Origin: an uncultured delta proteobacterium
GTDB taxonomy: Bacteria > Desulfobacterota > Desulfobacteria > Desulfobacterales > QNYZ01
Length of the DNA stretch: 64,000 bases
Assembly: GCA_963845145.1 (NCBI GenBank)
Contig: CAWJQU010000005.1
Coordinates: 1,323,434 to 1,387,433 of the forward strand
Reading direction: 5' to 3'
Shown here: piece after piece, positions 45,990-57,701 of the stretch
How the letters are laid out: each line of letters starts with the position of its first letter
Numbering within the stretch: position 1 is the stretch's first letter
Made by a program: the position numbers and the translations under genes
Notes under the pieces: generated by a model
The model's database searches: none
What the model was told of the DNA's origin: nothing
The model's input: only the letters and a program-made list of their open reading frames with translations

Positions 45990-47595
45990 ATGCCAAACAA
46001 ACCTATAAATCTAACCCCTGATTATATAATCGATATCGCCCTTCGAAGACGCTGGTACCTTATAATTCCCTTTTGTCTTTGTATGATGGCGGGAATTTTT
46101 TATGCATTTTCGGCACCGAAAATTTATGAAGCATCTACATTGATTTTAATCGAGCCACAAAGGGTCCCGGAAAATTATGTTCAATCGATTGTTACACTCG
46201 ATCCGAGCGCGAAGGATCAGCACGATCTCAGAACAGGTAAACAGCCGAACCAATATTGAACGAATAATTCAATGAATTTCAATCTGTTATCAGGTGCTGA
46301 ATACGAGAAAATGTTTATGGAAGATAAAATAGAGACAATTAAGAAAGCAAATTTCTGTTAAATGTAACCGAGCACGGGCAGAAGAGGGAAAGTGATAGCT
46401 CATTTTCAATATCTTTTCGCGGAAAAGACCCCCAAAAAACAATGAAAATTGCAAACACGCTTGGCATCATATTCTCATCGATGAAAATTTAAAAACCAGA
46501 GAATCTCAGGCAGTTGGGACCAGCGAATTTTTAAATGATGAGCTCAATTCAATGCGAGCCCGCTTAGTCGAGGTTGAGGGAACCCTTGAAACCTTTCGCA
46601 AACAATACATGGGGGAATTACCTGAGCAGCTTGGATTCCAATCTTGCCATATTAGAACGGCTTCAAACCGCAACTTAGCGATCGATTGCAAAGCGTTAGG
46701 GAAGAAAGAAACCGATTGTCAGTTGTCGATCAAGTGATCGCTACGCCGGCGCCGGTTACTCAGACAACCGTGCAGGGGCAACCTTCGGTGGGAGAGTCAT
46801 CAGACATAGATGTTTTAAAAGAACAGCTATCACTACTCTCAAGCAAGTATACGGAAAAACATCCCGATGTTGTTAAAGTAAAAAAACTGATTGCAGCGCT
46901 TGAAAGAAAACAGGCTTCTGTAGCAGAAGCAAGAAATAATATGACTTCATCGCGAGGAATCAGAGATTCCATCACGGTCGAACGTGAGAAACGAAAATTA
47001 CCGTCAGCGACATGAAGCGCGATTGGCCATCAATCGTTTGGAAACGGAAATTGGTGAATTGCGGAGCCAAATATCATATTACCAGAATCGCGTCGAGGCT
47101 ACGCCTAAAAGGGAGCAGGAGCTGGCATCTTTGCAGCGTGATTACGAGAATATTCAAACCGCTTATAACTCTTTGCTGGAAAGAAAGTTAGAGGCCGATA
47201 TAGCGGTCAATATGGAAAGAAAACAAAAGGGCGAACAATTCCAGATTCTTGACTCAGCGGCACTCCCCCAACGGCCGGTGGAGCCGGATATGCAAAAGCT
47301 TTTTCTGATGTTTTTAGCCGCTGGCCTCGGAATCGGTGGTGGGATTGTCTTTCTTCTTGAGTATCTAGATACCTCTTTTCGAAGACCCGAAGATATAGAA
47401 TCTTTAGGGGTGAGTATGCTTGCGACGATTCCCGTTATAACCGGTCGTAAAGAGATTTTTTTGCAAAGGTCTAATCTCATATTAAGCGCGTTTTCGGTTT
47501 TTATCTCATTTATTCTATTAGCGGGTTTTACTTTGTTAACGTTCAAAGGCGAAGATACCGTTATCAAATTAGTCAGTAAATTTATTCAAATATAG
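45990..47595 (+). CDS. Polysaccharide chain-length determinant (Wzz/GumC family), several frameshifts
   Basis: RRRWY, YEASTLILIEPQRVP, YTEKHPDV and KGEQFQILDSA spread over 4 ORF fragments. Confidence 0.8.
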
Positions 47596-47622
47596 ACAAA
47601 TACCTGAAAAGGGGGAAACCCA

Positions 47623-48448
47623 TTGGGTAAAATATCCGACGCGATTGAAAAAGCACAGCAATCGCCCATAGATAGACTATATGATCCTAACCAGGCTCAG
47701 TTAAAATCAGTGGAAGACCCTTCCGCTAAGACGGCGGCCAACCCTTTTCCAATGTCGTTAAATTCCTTGAATGGTCATCTTGATCATAATCTTATTGCCT
47801 ATTTTAAGCCAGAATCGATTGAGGCGGAACAATTTCGAAAACTAGCCGCGAATGTTCTTTTTCATAGTACTGAGAATGCCACCCGATGCTTGTTGGTTAC
47901 CAGTGCTAATGAGGGCGAAGGCAAGTCATTTCTTACGGCCAATCTGGCCGTTAGCCTGGCAAAAAGCCTTGAGGAACCGGTTTTATTAGTGGACTGCGAT
48001 TTGCGAAGACCCCGACAGCACACGATGTTTGGGTTTGGAACGGTTTCGGGATTGAGCGACCATTTTATTAAAGATATGGATATTTCCGCTCTAATTCAAA
48101 AAACATCCATTGAGAATTTAAGCCTTCTTGCCGGCTGGAAGCAAATCGTTTCATTCTGCTGAGCTGCTGTCCTCCAAGCGGATGGCTCAGTTTTTGAAAA
48201 CGCTAAAAGATAATCATAAAAACCAGATTATCTTAATTGATTCACCGCCACCCTTGTCAACCGCTGAGCCGGCAGCCATTGCCAGACAGGTGGATGGTGT
48301 CATTTTGGTTGTAAAATGTGAAAAAACGCCTCGGTCCATGGTAGAAAATTTAATTAAAACCATTGGGAAGGAAAAAATTATGGGCGTTGTTCTTAACCGC
48401 TTCAACAAACGTTTTCAAAAGTATTATCGATATGGCGTCTATCAATAG
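47623..48448 (+). CDS. CpsD/CapB family tyrosine-protein kinase (frameshift near 48130)
   Basis: EAEQFRKL, TSANEGEGKS, VDCDLRRP, IDSPP and a Tyr-rich tail. Confidence 0.85.
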
Positions 48449-48456
48449 GTAATTCA

Positions 48457-49854
48457 ATGATGTTAAGAATATTACAGCAATACTACCCTATTCGAAATGT
48501 CGTTTTTTTGCTGGGTGAAGGATTGACCATTTACTTCTCGGTTATCATTGCCACCTGGTTGGTTACCGGCAATGTCATGTCAACGCAGATTATCTTTAAC
48601 CGTAAGGCTGTTTTAATCACACTGATCTGCCTGATCTGTCTCTACTACAATGACCTTTATGATTTGCAGATTACCAACAATCTATCTGAACTCATGATTC
48701 GTCTGCTCCAGTCATTGGGGGTCTCCTCAATTTTTCTTGCAGGTATTTTTTACGTTTATCCGGGAACGATCGTTAGTCCGCGAGCTTATATTTTCAGTAT
48801 TGTTTTCGTCGTTTTATTTGTGTTTGCCTGGCGAATAACGTACCATTTTATTTTAGAAAACGGGATCTTCAGCCAAAAAATCGCATTGATGGGTTCCGGC
48901 GATTTGGCAAAAACAATATACCAGGAAATAAGCCAAAAAAAAGATTGCGGGTATGATCTCAAGTTACACATATTAGAGCCTGGCCCGGAACAAGATATCG
49001 GTGAAATTAAAGGAATTGAAAATATCCATTTGCACGATGGGCAAAACCTAAATGCAAATATTGCAAAATTAAATATAAAAAAAGTAATCGTTGCCCTAAA
49101 GGAAAAGAGGAATAATTTTCCCTTAAAAGATTTGTTGGATTGCCGAGTTTCCGGTGTCGATGTCATCGATGGTAATAGTTTTTATGAAACATTGACCGGT
49201 AAGCTTTCCGTTGAGCAGATTAATCCAGGCTGGTTGATTTATTCTGATGGATTTAAGCATTCATTCGCAAAACGGGTGTTAAAGCGGCTATTAGATATCG
49301 CCGTTTCTTTAGTCATGCTAATATTGTTGATGCCGCTCATCGTTTTACTTATGATCATTATAAAAATTGATTCCAGGGGGGCCACGATTTTTTCCCAGGA
49401 GCGCGTCGGTGGGAAACGAAGGCCCTACAAAATCTATAAATTTCGATCAATGATTGACAATGCCGAAAAGCAAAGCGGGCCAAAATGGGCGGAAGATAGT
49501 GATCCGCGCGTGACGCGTGTGGGGACATTTATTCGTAAATGGCGATTGGATGAACTCCCCCAACTCTGGAATGTGCTGAAGGGGGATATGAGTTTTGTCG
49601 GTCCCAGACCTGAGCGCGCGTTTTTTATTAACGAGTTGGAAAAAAAAATACCCTATTATGGAAAGCGTTTCACCGTAAAACCGGGCTTAACCGGCTGGGC
49701 GCAGGTGAGCTATGGATATGGTTCTTCTGTGGAAGATGCCATCGAAAAGTTAAACTACGAACTTTTTTATATCAAAAATATGTCCATTTTGTTGGATCTT
49801 ATAATCATATTGCGAACCGTGAAGACGGTGTTATTTGGCAGGGGTGCCCGGTAA
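48457..49854 (+). CDS. Priming sugar transferase, PEP-CTERM/exosortase-associated type
   Basis: [32 protein letters not shown] and [10 protein letters not shown] motifs. Confidence 0.92.
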   Translation: MMLRILQQYYPIRNVVFLLGEGLTIYFSVIIATWLVTGNVMSTQIIFNRKAVLITLICLICLYYNDLYDLQITNNLSELMIRLLQSLGVSSIFLAGIFYVYPGTIVSPRAYIFSIVFVVLFVFAWRITYHFILENGIFSQKIALMGSGDLAKTIYQEISQKKDCGYDLKLHILEPGPEQDIGEIKGIENIHLHDGQNLNANIAKLNIKKVIVALKEKRNNFPLKDLLDCRVSGVDVIDGNSFYETLTGKLSVEQINPGWLIYSDGFKHSFAKRVLKRLLDIAVSLVMLILLMPLIVLLMIIIKIDSRGATIFSQERVGGKRRPYKIYKFRSMIDNAEKQSGPKWAEDSDPRVTRVGTFIRKWRLDELPQLWNVLKGDMSFVGPRPERAFFINELEKKIPYYGKRFTVKPGLTGWAQVSYGYGSSVEDAIEKLNYELFYIKNMSILLDLIIILRTVKTVLFGRGAR

Positions 49855-49928
49855 GACCTTTTCTTGAATTGCCTGCCCCAAATTTTGAACCAAGTCATAA
49901 AAATTAAATGCGCCGTGGAGGAAGAATC

Positions 49929-50510
49929 ATGAAAGGAAAACATTTTTTAATTCTTTTCAGCCTATCATTAATCATTTCTTTGATCATCCCCCAAATATCT
50001 GTAAGCCAGGAAAAAATAGCGAGAACGCCATATAAAATCGGTCCCGGAAATGTGTTAGAGATTCTCACTTGGAAAGAACCGGATTTCTCAAGAGAAGAAG
50101 TTTTGGTTCGAAATGATGGGATGCTCACCTTTCCCTTATTAAACGATATTGAGGCTGCCGGTCGTACGACGATGGACTTGAAAATAGAAATCGAAGAAAA
50201 ATTGAAAGATTATGTTAGCAATCCTGTTGTTACGGTGACGGTTCGCACGCTAACCGTTAAAAAATTTTATATTCTTGGTGAGGTGGTCAATACCGGCGAA
50301 TATGATCTAAACAAAGAACTGACCGTTTTACAGGCGTTTGCATTGGCTGGAGGATTTACCGAATGGGCCTCAAAAAAGGAGATTATCCTTTTGCGTAAAG
50401 AAAAAGGCGAAGAAAAAATTATTCGGGTAAATTATAAAAATATTGTTAAAGGTAGAGACTTCAGTGAAAATATTAAGCTAATAGCCGATGATACTGTCAT
50501 CGTTCCGTAG
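49929..50510 (+). CDS. Polysaccharide export protein (Wza/GfcE family)
   Basis: YKIGPGNVL, DGMLTFPL, GEV and ALAGGFT motifs. Confidence 0.9.
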   Translation: MKGKHFLILFSLSLIISLIIPQISVSQEKIARTPYKIGPGNVLEILTWKEPDFSREEVLVRNDGMLTFPLLNDIEAAGRTTMDLKIEIEEKLKDYVSNPVVTVTVRTLTVKKFYILGEVVNTGEYDLNKELTVLQAFALAGGFTEWASKKEIILLRKEKGEEKIIRVNYKNIVKGRDFSENIKLIADDTVIVP

Positions 50511-50570
50511 TTTGTTGGGTTTGTTGAGTTTATTGGATTTATTGGGTTCGTTGGGTTTTGTTGGGTTGTT
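50511..50570. repeat. D-type 9-mer tandem tract (GTTT(A/G)TTG(G/A))
   Basis: About 6 degenerate units immediately after the wza stop codon. Confidence 0.8.
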
Positions 50571-50645
50571 CGTCCTGCCGGACGGGCGCCTGAACGCTTA
50601 AGATGGTGAATTTATTTTTCCACGAACCCCAAAGCGGGAGGAAAA

Positions 50646-51992
50646 ATGAAAATGAAAATCAGTTGTGCAACAGCATTTTGTATGTTCTTTTTTGTTTCCA
50701 CCCTCGCCTATGGTTACCAGATCTCTTTTACACCTGGCATAACCATTTCTGAAGAGTATAACGATAATATATTTCTAACGCCTGATAATGAGGAAGAAGA
50801 TTATATTACACTTGTGGCGCCGACATTTGATTTTGAAATAAACCAGCGGGGAAATGGGTTGTCGTTGGTCTATAGCCCAGGCTACAGCCTATATGCCAAC
50901 AACTCGGAATTTAACTCCTGGCGACATGATGCCCTCTTAAGTGCCTGGTTTGAGGTCACGAGAAATACGAGAGTTGAATTTGAAAATGCGTATCTGTTTA
51001 CCGAAGATCCGTTATCGGCTGAGGATGTCTTAAGTCCAATAACGGATGACCCCCTGATTCAAGATGACCCAACCATTCGCCGGGGGCGTGAACCCTATTA
51101 CACCAATACTGCCACAGCCAGAATGATCCACCAGTTTGGGGCGTCTGATTCCTTTTTTATTGGATACAGTTACAATGTTTTGAGGAACGATGACCCGGAG
51201 GTGGATGATGTGACCAGACATATCCCGTCCATGGGCATCACCTATTGGTTTCTGCCAAGATGGGGAGTTGAGCTGGAGGGTTCTTTCACAGATACGGAGC
51301 TGGAAGATTCCGATGATTTTGATGAATGGCATGGCAGCATCATCCAAAGATATCGTTTCAGCCGGCATTTAGACTTTTTCGTTCAATATGAGCATACTTC
51401 GGTGGAATATAGTGAAAATTTAGAAGAAGACAGCATAGACTACCAGGTCTATGAGCCTTCATTGGGACTGGACTATACTTTACCGGAGAATTTCCTTTTT
51501 TCTCTAAGGGTGGGATACTTCAAAGAGGATCGTGATACCGGTGAAGATGGCTCAGGTCCTTCCGGCGATATTACTCTGACGAAAACCTTAAGAAATGGAT
51601 CGATATCTGTTGCCGGGAGCGCCGGTCAGGAAAATACCGTTCTTAGCGCGGAGAACCTTGGCTTTACCGAATTTTACGAAATTGGCGGCAGTGCAGAATA
51701 TAATTTACTAAGAAATGTTGTTGGCGATATTTCAGCGAGTTTTAGAAATGCTGTCTCTGAAGAAGTGGAAACGGATCGAGAAGATGATATCATCACCGCT
51801 GGTATAGGTTTGACTTATGAAGCAACCAACTGGCTCGCAACCCGTCTCGAATATCGATATCGCTCACTTGAATCGACACTTCCAGAAGATGAATACACGG
51901 AAAACCGTGTTCTTTTTAATGTTACGTTTACCAAGCCAAGACCTTATCAGTGGAGCAAAGTAAGGGTTATGGGGTATCATTGGGTTTGTTGA
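50646..51992 (+). CDS. Outer-membrane beta-barrel protein of EPS locus
   Basis: Signal peptide, EEYNDNIF and YTENRV; the true stop may be TAA near 51961. Confidence 0.75.
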   Translation: MKMKISCATAFCMFFFVSTLAYGYQISFTPGITISEEYNDNIFLTPDNEEEDYITLVAPTFDFEINQRGNGLSLVYSPGYSLYANNSEFNSWRHDALLSAWFEVTRNTRVEFENAYLFTEDPLSAEDVLSPITDDPLIQDDPTIRRGREPYYTNTATARMIHQFGASDSFFIGYSYNVLRNDDPEVDDVTRHIPSMGITYWFLPRWGVELEGSFTDTELEDSDDFDEWHGSIIQRYRFSRHLDFFVQYEHTSVEYSENLEEDSIDYQVYEPSLGLDYTLPENFLFSLRVGYFKEDRDTGEDGSGPSGDITLTKTLRNGSISVAGSAGQENTVLSAENLGFTEFYEIGGSAEYNLLRNVVGDISASFRNAVSEEVETDREDDIITAGIGLTYEATNWLATRLEYRYRSLESTLPEDEYTENRVLFNVTFTKPRPYQWSKVRVMGYHWVC

Positions 51993-52515
51993 GTTTATGG
52001 AGTTTATTGAGTTCATTGAGTTTTTGGGTTGATAGGAGACTCCTGAATTAGTATGAAGATTCGGCGTTTTGAAGAAATAGAGGCTTGGAAGGAAGCCCGG
52101 ACGTTGGTAAAGTTTGTGTATGATTCAATAAACGCCAACAATGAGTTCAAAAAAGATTTTCGCTTAGCGAATCAAATACAAGGTGCCGCTGTTTCAGTTA
52201 TGTCCAACATTGCTGAAGGATTTACTCGAAGAAGCAATAAAGAGTTTGCCCAGTTTCTATTCATATCAAAAAGCTCTGCTGCGGAAGTACAAAGCCAATT
52301 ATATGTTGCACTCGACCAAAAGTATATCTCAAAAATTGATTTTGATAGAATTTATGATCAAGCCGAGAAAGTAGCCAAAATGACATCAGGATTCATAAAG
52401 TACCTTCGCTCCCAACCCAACAAACCCAAGTAACTCAAGCAAGAATCACCCAACAAACTCAATAAACTCAATAAACCGGCAACCCAACTAACCCAACAAA
52501 CCCAATAAACCCCAT
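51969..52515. repeat. Inverted D-type 9-mer tracts (51969-52031 and 52411-52515) bracketing the four-helix-bundle gene
   Basis: ATGGGGTATCATTGGGTTTGTTGAG... pairs with ...CCCAACAAACCCAATAAACCCCAT. Confidence 0.85.
52053..52433 (+). CDS. Four helix bundle protein (23S rRNA IVS-protein family)
   Basis: FEEIEAWKEA, QIQGAAVSVMSNIAEGF and FLFISKSSAAEVQSQL motifs. Confidence 0.92.
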   Translation: MKIRRFEEIEAWKEARTLVKFVYDSINANNEFKKDFRLANQIQGAAVSVMSNIAEGFTRRSNKEFAQFLFISKSSAAEVQSQLYVALDQKYISKIDFDRIYDQAEKVAKMTSGFIKYLRSQPNKPK

Positions 52516-54528
52516 GTGCGGCATCGCCGGAATAATAAACTTTAATAAGCCCGAAGACATGCAAGCAACACTCACGCGCATGATCGGATTGTTGCGTCAC
52601 CGGGGCCCTGATGCGTCGGGGATTTATTTGGGAAGACAGGTTGGACTGGCACACGCGAGGCTGAGCATTATCGATTTAGCGGGCGGTGATCAGCCCATTC
52701 ATAATGAAGATCAATCAATTTGGATCGTGTTTCAACGGCGAGATTTTCAATTATCCCGAATTGCGCAGTGATTTGATAGATCGTGGGCACCAATTTTACA
52801 CCCAGACCGATACGGAAGTGCTGGTTCATCTTTATGAGGATCTTGGCACGGCTCTTTTTGAAAAGTTAAACGGTCAGTTCGCTTTTGCGATATGGGATCA
52901 GAATAAACAAACCCTTTTACTTGGTCGAGATCGAATGGGCATTCGTCCATTGTTTTACTATCAAAACAGAAAACGGTTTGTTTTTGGGTCGGAAATAAAA
53001 GCCCTTTTTGGCGATAAAAGTATTCCCAGGAAATTGGATTCGCAAACACTTTCAGATATTTTTACCGGTTGGGCTCCAATGGGTTCGAAGACTCCTTTTG
53101 AAGATGTCTACCAGATTCCGCCGGGTCACTATGCAAAATTTTCAGAGAAAAAGGGTTTGGAGGTTCATCCATACTGGGAATTGTCTTTTCAACCCGATAA
53201 AGAGCGTATTGGACTTTCAAACTATTCCCTGTCCGAGTGGACTGAAGAAATAAGGTGCCTATTAAAAGATGCCACTCGGATTCGTCTTCGAGCGGATGTC
53301 CCGGTTGGTGCATACTTAAGCGGTGGGATTGATAGTACTTTTACAAGCGCATTGGTCAAAAGGAACTTTAATAATAAACTTCGTACTTTTTCTGTTGGGT
53401 TTACAGATAGGCGATTCGATGAATCGGGTTTTCAACGAATTGCCGTAAAGGCCCTTGGTACAGATCATAGTGCTGTTCAGTGCTCTGAAGAAGATATCGG
53501 TAAAGTTTTTCCAGATGTGATATGGCATACAGAAACACCAATATTGAGAACCGCGCCGGCACCCCTTTTTAAACTATCAGAGCTTGTTCGTAATCATAAT
53601 TTTAAAGTGGTGCTTACAGGCGAAGGGGCGGATGAAATATTTGCCGGTTATAATATCTTCAGAGAAGACAAGGTCCGCAGGTTTTGGGCTAAAAATCGCG
53701 GATTCCTCTATGCGCCCGCGGTTACTTGAAAAACTATATCCGTATATATTTACCCATGGAAATAGAAAAGCCAAAATTTTTCATGAAAAATTTTTCAAGA
53801 GAGATCTGCTGAAAATTAATTCTCCAGAATATTCTCACCTACTAAGGTGGAAAAACACATCGCAACTTCAATCCTTCTTTTCAGAGGATTTGAGGAATCA
53901 ACATGGAAGATTGGATCTGTTTATAGAACGGTTTAAAATGGCGCTTCCTCCGGATTTTCTTTCCTGGGAGCCCCTTTCCAGGGCCCAGTATACAGAAAGT
54001 AAAATCTTTCTTTCCAATTATCTGCTCTCCTCTCAGGGAGATCGCATGGCCATGGCGAATTCCGTAGAGGGCAGATATCCCTTTTTGGACCATCGCGTCG
54101 TCGAATTGGCCACTCAAATACCCTCGCGGTTTCGAATGAACGGGCTCAATGAAAAATATATTTTAAAAAAAGTAGCCAGGGATGTCATACCTGATGAACT
54201 CATTGACCGTCCCAAGCAGCCCTATCGGGCGCCGATCAGCCGATGTTTTTTTGGTAAGGGGGCACCTGATTATGTAAACGACCTGCTTTCTGATAGTAGC
54301 CTCAAAAATGCGGGTTATTTTGATAATACAAAAGTTCAAAGATTATTCTCCAAATGCCGCAAACAAGATGGTAAGTTATTGAGCGAACGAGAGAATATGG
54401 CGATTGTGGGAATCATTTCAACCCAGTTGGTAGATCATCAATTTATCCAGAATTTTCCCAAGAATATAGTTGAACCTGAAGATACCCTTATCTTCAGGGA
54501 AAATGGAATGGAAAAACTAAAAAACTAA
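52514..54528 (+). CDS. asnB: Asparagine synthase (glutamine-hydrolysing) family amidotransferase; frameshifts near 52733 and 53695
   Basis: MCGIAG, HRGPD, FNGEIFN, LSGGIDS, GEGADE and EGRYPFLD motifs. Confidence 0.9.
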
Positions 54529-55340
54529 TCGTAGTTTAAAATAGCCACGGACCCACACGGACACACACCGACAATTCATTAGCTGGGAAGCTTTGGATGC
54601 TATAAAGCTTGAAAGCATGAAAAATATTACCGCGGAGAACGCAGAGCACGCAGCGAAGGAAAGATTTGTTATATGTTTTGAACCCCCTGAGGTCCCCGCG
54701 ATCTCGGCGGTGAAAATAAGACTGTTTTAAATTCGTCTGTGTGTGTCTGTGTGAGTCTGTGGCAAAATAATAAAGAAAATGGAAAGACTGAAAAGCTAAT
54801 AGTAGTTTAAATTAGCCACGGACCCACACGGACACACACAGACAATTCATTAGCTGGAAAGCTATGGTGCTATCAGGCTTGAATGCACGAAAAATATTAC
54901 CGCGGAGAACGCAGAGCACGCAGAGAAGGAAAGATTTGTTATATGTTTTGAACCCCCTGCGGTCTCCGCGATCTCGGCGGTGAAATAATGGCTTTTTTAA
55001 ATACGTCTGTGTCTGTCTGTGTGAGTCTGTGGCAAAAATGGTTGAAAGCTATAAGGTTAGAAAGCTTGAAAGCACAAAAAATATTACCGCGGAGAACGCA
55101 GAGCTCGCAGAGAAGGTTTATGGTTTAAAAGATAATAGATCCCCTCTGTGCCTTGGCGTCTTGGCGGGAAAATAATGGTTAGTCCTTCGGGGATTAAGGA
55201 AAGATTATCTCCCGCGGAGGCGCAAAGACGCAAAGAAAAGATTTGTTATATGTTTTTAACCCTCAGCGGTCCCCGCGATCTCAGCGGTGAAAATAAGACT
55301 GCATAAATTCGTCCGTGTACGTCCGTGTGGGTCTGTGGCT
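54529..55340. repeat. Composite hairpin-repeat array 1 (A 10-bp, B 9-bp and C 8-bp period arms)
   Basis: A-left 54543, 54814; A-right 54735, 55005, 55311; B pairs 54629/54687, 54899/54957, 55086/55144, 55211/55262. Confidence 0.9.
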
Positions 55341-55346
55341 AATTAA

Positions 55347-55673
55347 ATGAAATCACTGACAACATCAGAAAAGAAAAAGATATTATCAAGACTCTTCTGG
55401 GACACCGAAACCAGACACATCGATTTTGATAAATTGATTGAGGAAAAACTTCGAACAATTGAAAGTATTGAATCGCAACAATTTTTCTGTCGGCTTTTGT
55501 TATCATGTGATTGGTATACCATTTTGAAATTGATGACACCCACCAAAGTTAATTCAATTTTGACTACGACTATATTAAACAGACTTTTCCCTAAAGATTT
55601 AAAAGACAGATATTTATATGCACAAAAAGTACTATCTCGAAAAACTCTACCCTTTTCAGGACGAGATACTTAA
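55347..55673 (+). CDS. Small hypothetical protein, probable antitoxin partner of the AbiEii toxin
   Basis: LFWD motif; overlaps the downstream nucleotidyltransferase gene. Confidence 0.6.
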   Translation: MKSLTTSEKKKILSRLFWDTETRHIDFDKLIEEKLRTIESIESQQFFCRLLLSCDWYTILKLMTPTKVNSILTTTILNRLFPKDLKDRYLYAQKVLSRKTLPFSGRDT

Positions 55674-56307
55674 AATTATAGGTAATCTGGGGCTGGATTT
55701 TTATTTGACAGGGGGAACTGCGCTAAGTAGGTGCTATTTAAAGCATCGTTACTCAGATGATCTTGACTTTTTCGTAAACAATCGCAAAGATTTTAAAAAG
55801 CAATGTGGCACAACAATTGAAGTTTTGAAGAGACATTGGGTATACGATGTCACTGCGACATCTGATACTTTCATGCGGATTTTTCTTCAGTCGGATAAGA
55901 CAACTTTAAAAATCGATTTTGTTAACGACGTGCCTTTTCATTTCGGTGAGATTCTGGCGATGCCTATTTTCCATCGAGTTGACAATTGGCGAAATATTCT
56001 GTCCAACAAGCTTTGTGCATTGAGCCGGATGGAAGCTAAAGATATTGTGGATATTATCTTTATTGCTAGAAATTATGCATTCCAATGGGAACCGATCATT
56101 AACGAATCGAAAGAGAAAGATCTATGGGTTGATCCCATTAAAATATGTCGGATTATAGATCAATGTCCCATACATTTGTTGGAGACAATCAAATGGGTCG
56201 ATAAGGTAGATATTGAAGAAATGAAAAGTCATATTAAAATTCTCCACGATGATATATTTATGGGTACCGCAAACTCATTGGTTGCCATACAAAACAACGC
56301 CGTTTAA
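55618..56307 (+). CDS. Nucleotidyltransferase AbiEii/AbiGii toxin family protein
   Basis: FYLTGGTALS..Y..HRYSDDLDFF and NKLCAL..R.EAKDIVD motifs. Confidence 0.88.
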   Translation: MHKKYYLEKLYPFQDEILKIIGNLGLDFYLTGGTALSRCYLKHRYSDDLDFFVNNRKDFKKQCGTTIEVLKRHWVYDVTATSDTFMRIFLQSDKTTLKIDFVNDVPFHFGEILAMPIFHRVDNWRNILSNKLCALSRMEAKDIVDIIFIARNYAFQWEPIINESKEKDLWVDPIKICRIIDQCPIHLLETIKWVDKVDIEEMKSHIKILHDDIFMGTANSLVAIQNNAV

Positions 56308-56334
56308 TTTAACACGCATATGTTTTACTTCTTT

Positions 56335-56689
56335 GTCCGTGTACGTCCGTGTGTGTCTGTGGCAAAAAAAGCTAAAAGCTTAAAAGCTATAAGGCTTGAA
56401 AGCACGAAAATATTACCGCGGAGGACACAGAGCTCGCAGTGATGGTTTAAATGATAATAGATCCCCTCTGCGGTCCCCGCGATCTCGGCGGTGAAATAAT
56501 GGCTTTTTTAAATACGTCTGTGTCTGTCTGTGTGAGTCTGTGGCAAAATAATAAAGAAAATGGAAAAATTGAAAAGCTAATCGTAGTTTAAATTAGCCAC
56601 GGACCCACATGGACCCACACCGACTGGTTAGAAAAAAATATAAAAAGTAGTTCTTTTTTGTCTGTGTGCGTCTGTGTGAGTCTGTGGCT
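56335..56689. repeat. Composite hairpin-repeat array 2
   Basis: A-right 56335, 56516, 56660; B pair 56415/56466; A-left 56595. Confidence 0.9.
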
Positions 56690-56708
56690 AAATAATAAAG
56701 GAATTGGA

Positions 56709-57701
56709 ATGTCAAAACAACGATTTTCAAAAGATATTTTAAAAATTGACGCCGAAAAAGAGACAGAAAAAATATGTAAAAAAATGCGGGGATTTCTGTC
56801 AAAATCACTGAAACGACGTGGCTATGTTGTCGGATTATCCGGCGGTATTGATAGTAGCGTGACAGCCGCCCTTGCGGCAAAAAGTATCGGCTCAAAGAAA
56901 GTACTGGCGCTCCTGATGCCCGAACGCCATTCATCGGAAGATACATTGGATTTAAGCTCAAGTGTTGCCGACCATTTTGGAATACCAAAAGTCCATGAAG
57001 ATATCACCGAAATATTAAATGCGGTTGGGTTTTATCGACGTTATAACGAGGCTGTGAGCGATATCATTCCTGAATATGATAAGGAATGGAAGTCAAAAAT
57101 TGTGATTCCCAATGTTCTTGATAAAAAAGGGTTCAACCTGTTTTCCATTGTTGCCCAAAGTCCGGATGGGAACACGGTCACTGAAAGGCTGCCATTAAAA
57201 ACCTATCTGGCAATTGTTGCCGCGACCAATTTTAAGCAACGCATTCGAAAAATGTTGGAGTATTATCATGCCGATCGAATGAATTTTGCTGTTTTGGGGA
57301 CGCCCAACCGGTTGGAATATGACCAGGGTTTTTTTGTCAAACTGGGTGATGGTGCCGCCGACGTCAAACCCATCGCCCATCTTTATAAAACCCAAGTTTA
57401 CCAAATGGCCGCTTATTTAGGTGTTCCGGAAGATATTTGCAGCCGTCCGCCAACAACGGATACTTATTCACTGGCACAAGGCCAGGATGAATTTTATTTT
57501 TCTCTCCCATACGATAAGATGGACCTTTGCCTGTACGGGAAAAACAATGGTATTTCAGTTGAGACCGTAGCCGACACACTGGACCTAAAACCCGAACAAG
57601 TGCAGCGGGTGTATGATGATATTGATACCAAACGCACCACTACCCGATATCTCCACCGATCGCCGCTGCTGATAGAAAAAGTTCCCCAAATAAATTATTA
57701 G
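56709..57701 (+). CDS. nadE: NAD(+) synthase-like protein of EPS locus
   Basis: GLSGGIDSS, ATNFKQRIRK, GFFVKLGDG and HLYKTQV motifs. Confidence 0.85.
   Translation: MSKQRFSKDILKIDAEKETEKICKKMRGFLSKSLKRRGYVVGLSGGIDSSVTAALAAKSIGSKKVLALLMPERHSSEDTLDLSSSVADHFGIPKVHEDITEILNAVGFYRRYNEAVSDIIPEYDKEWKSKIVIPNVLDKKGFNLFSIVAQSPDGNTVTERLPLKTYLAIVAATNFKQRIRKMLEYYHADRMNFAVLGTPNRLEYDQGFFVKLGDGAADVKPIAHLYKTQVYQMAAYLGVPEDICSRPPTTDTYSLAQGQDEFYFSLPYDKMDLCLYGKNNGISVETVADTLDLKPEQVQRVYDDIDTKRTTTRYLHRSPLLIEKVPQINY

Noticed and set aside
56658..56708. N-terminal extension MSVCVCVSLW of NadE
   Set aside because: It derives from an A-right arm; ATG 56709 follows an AAAGGA RBS.
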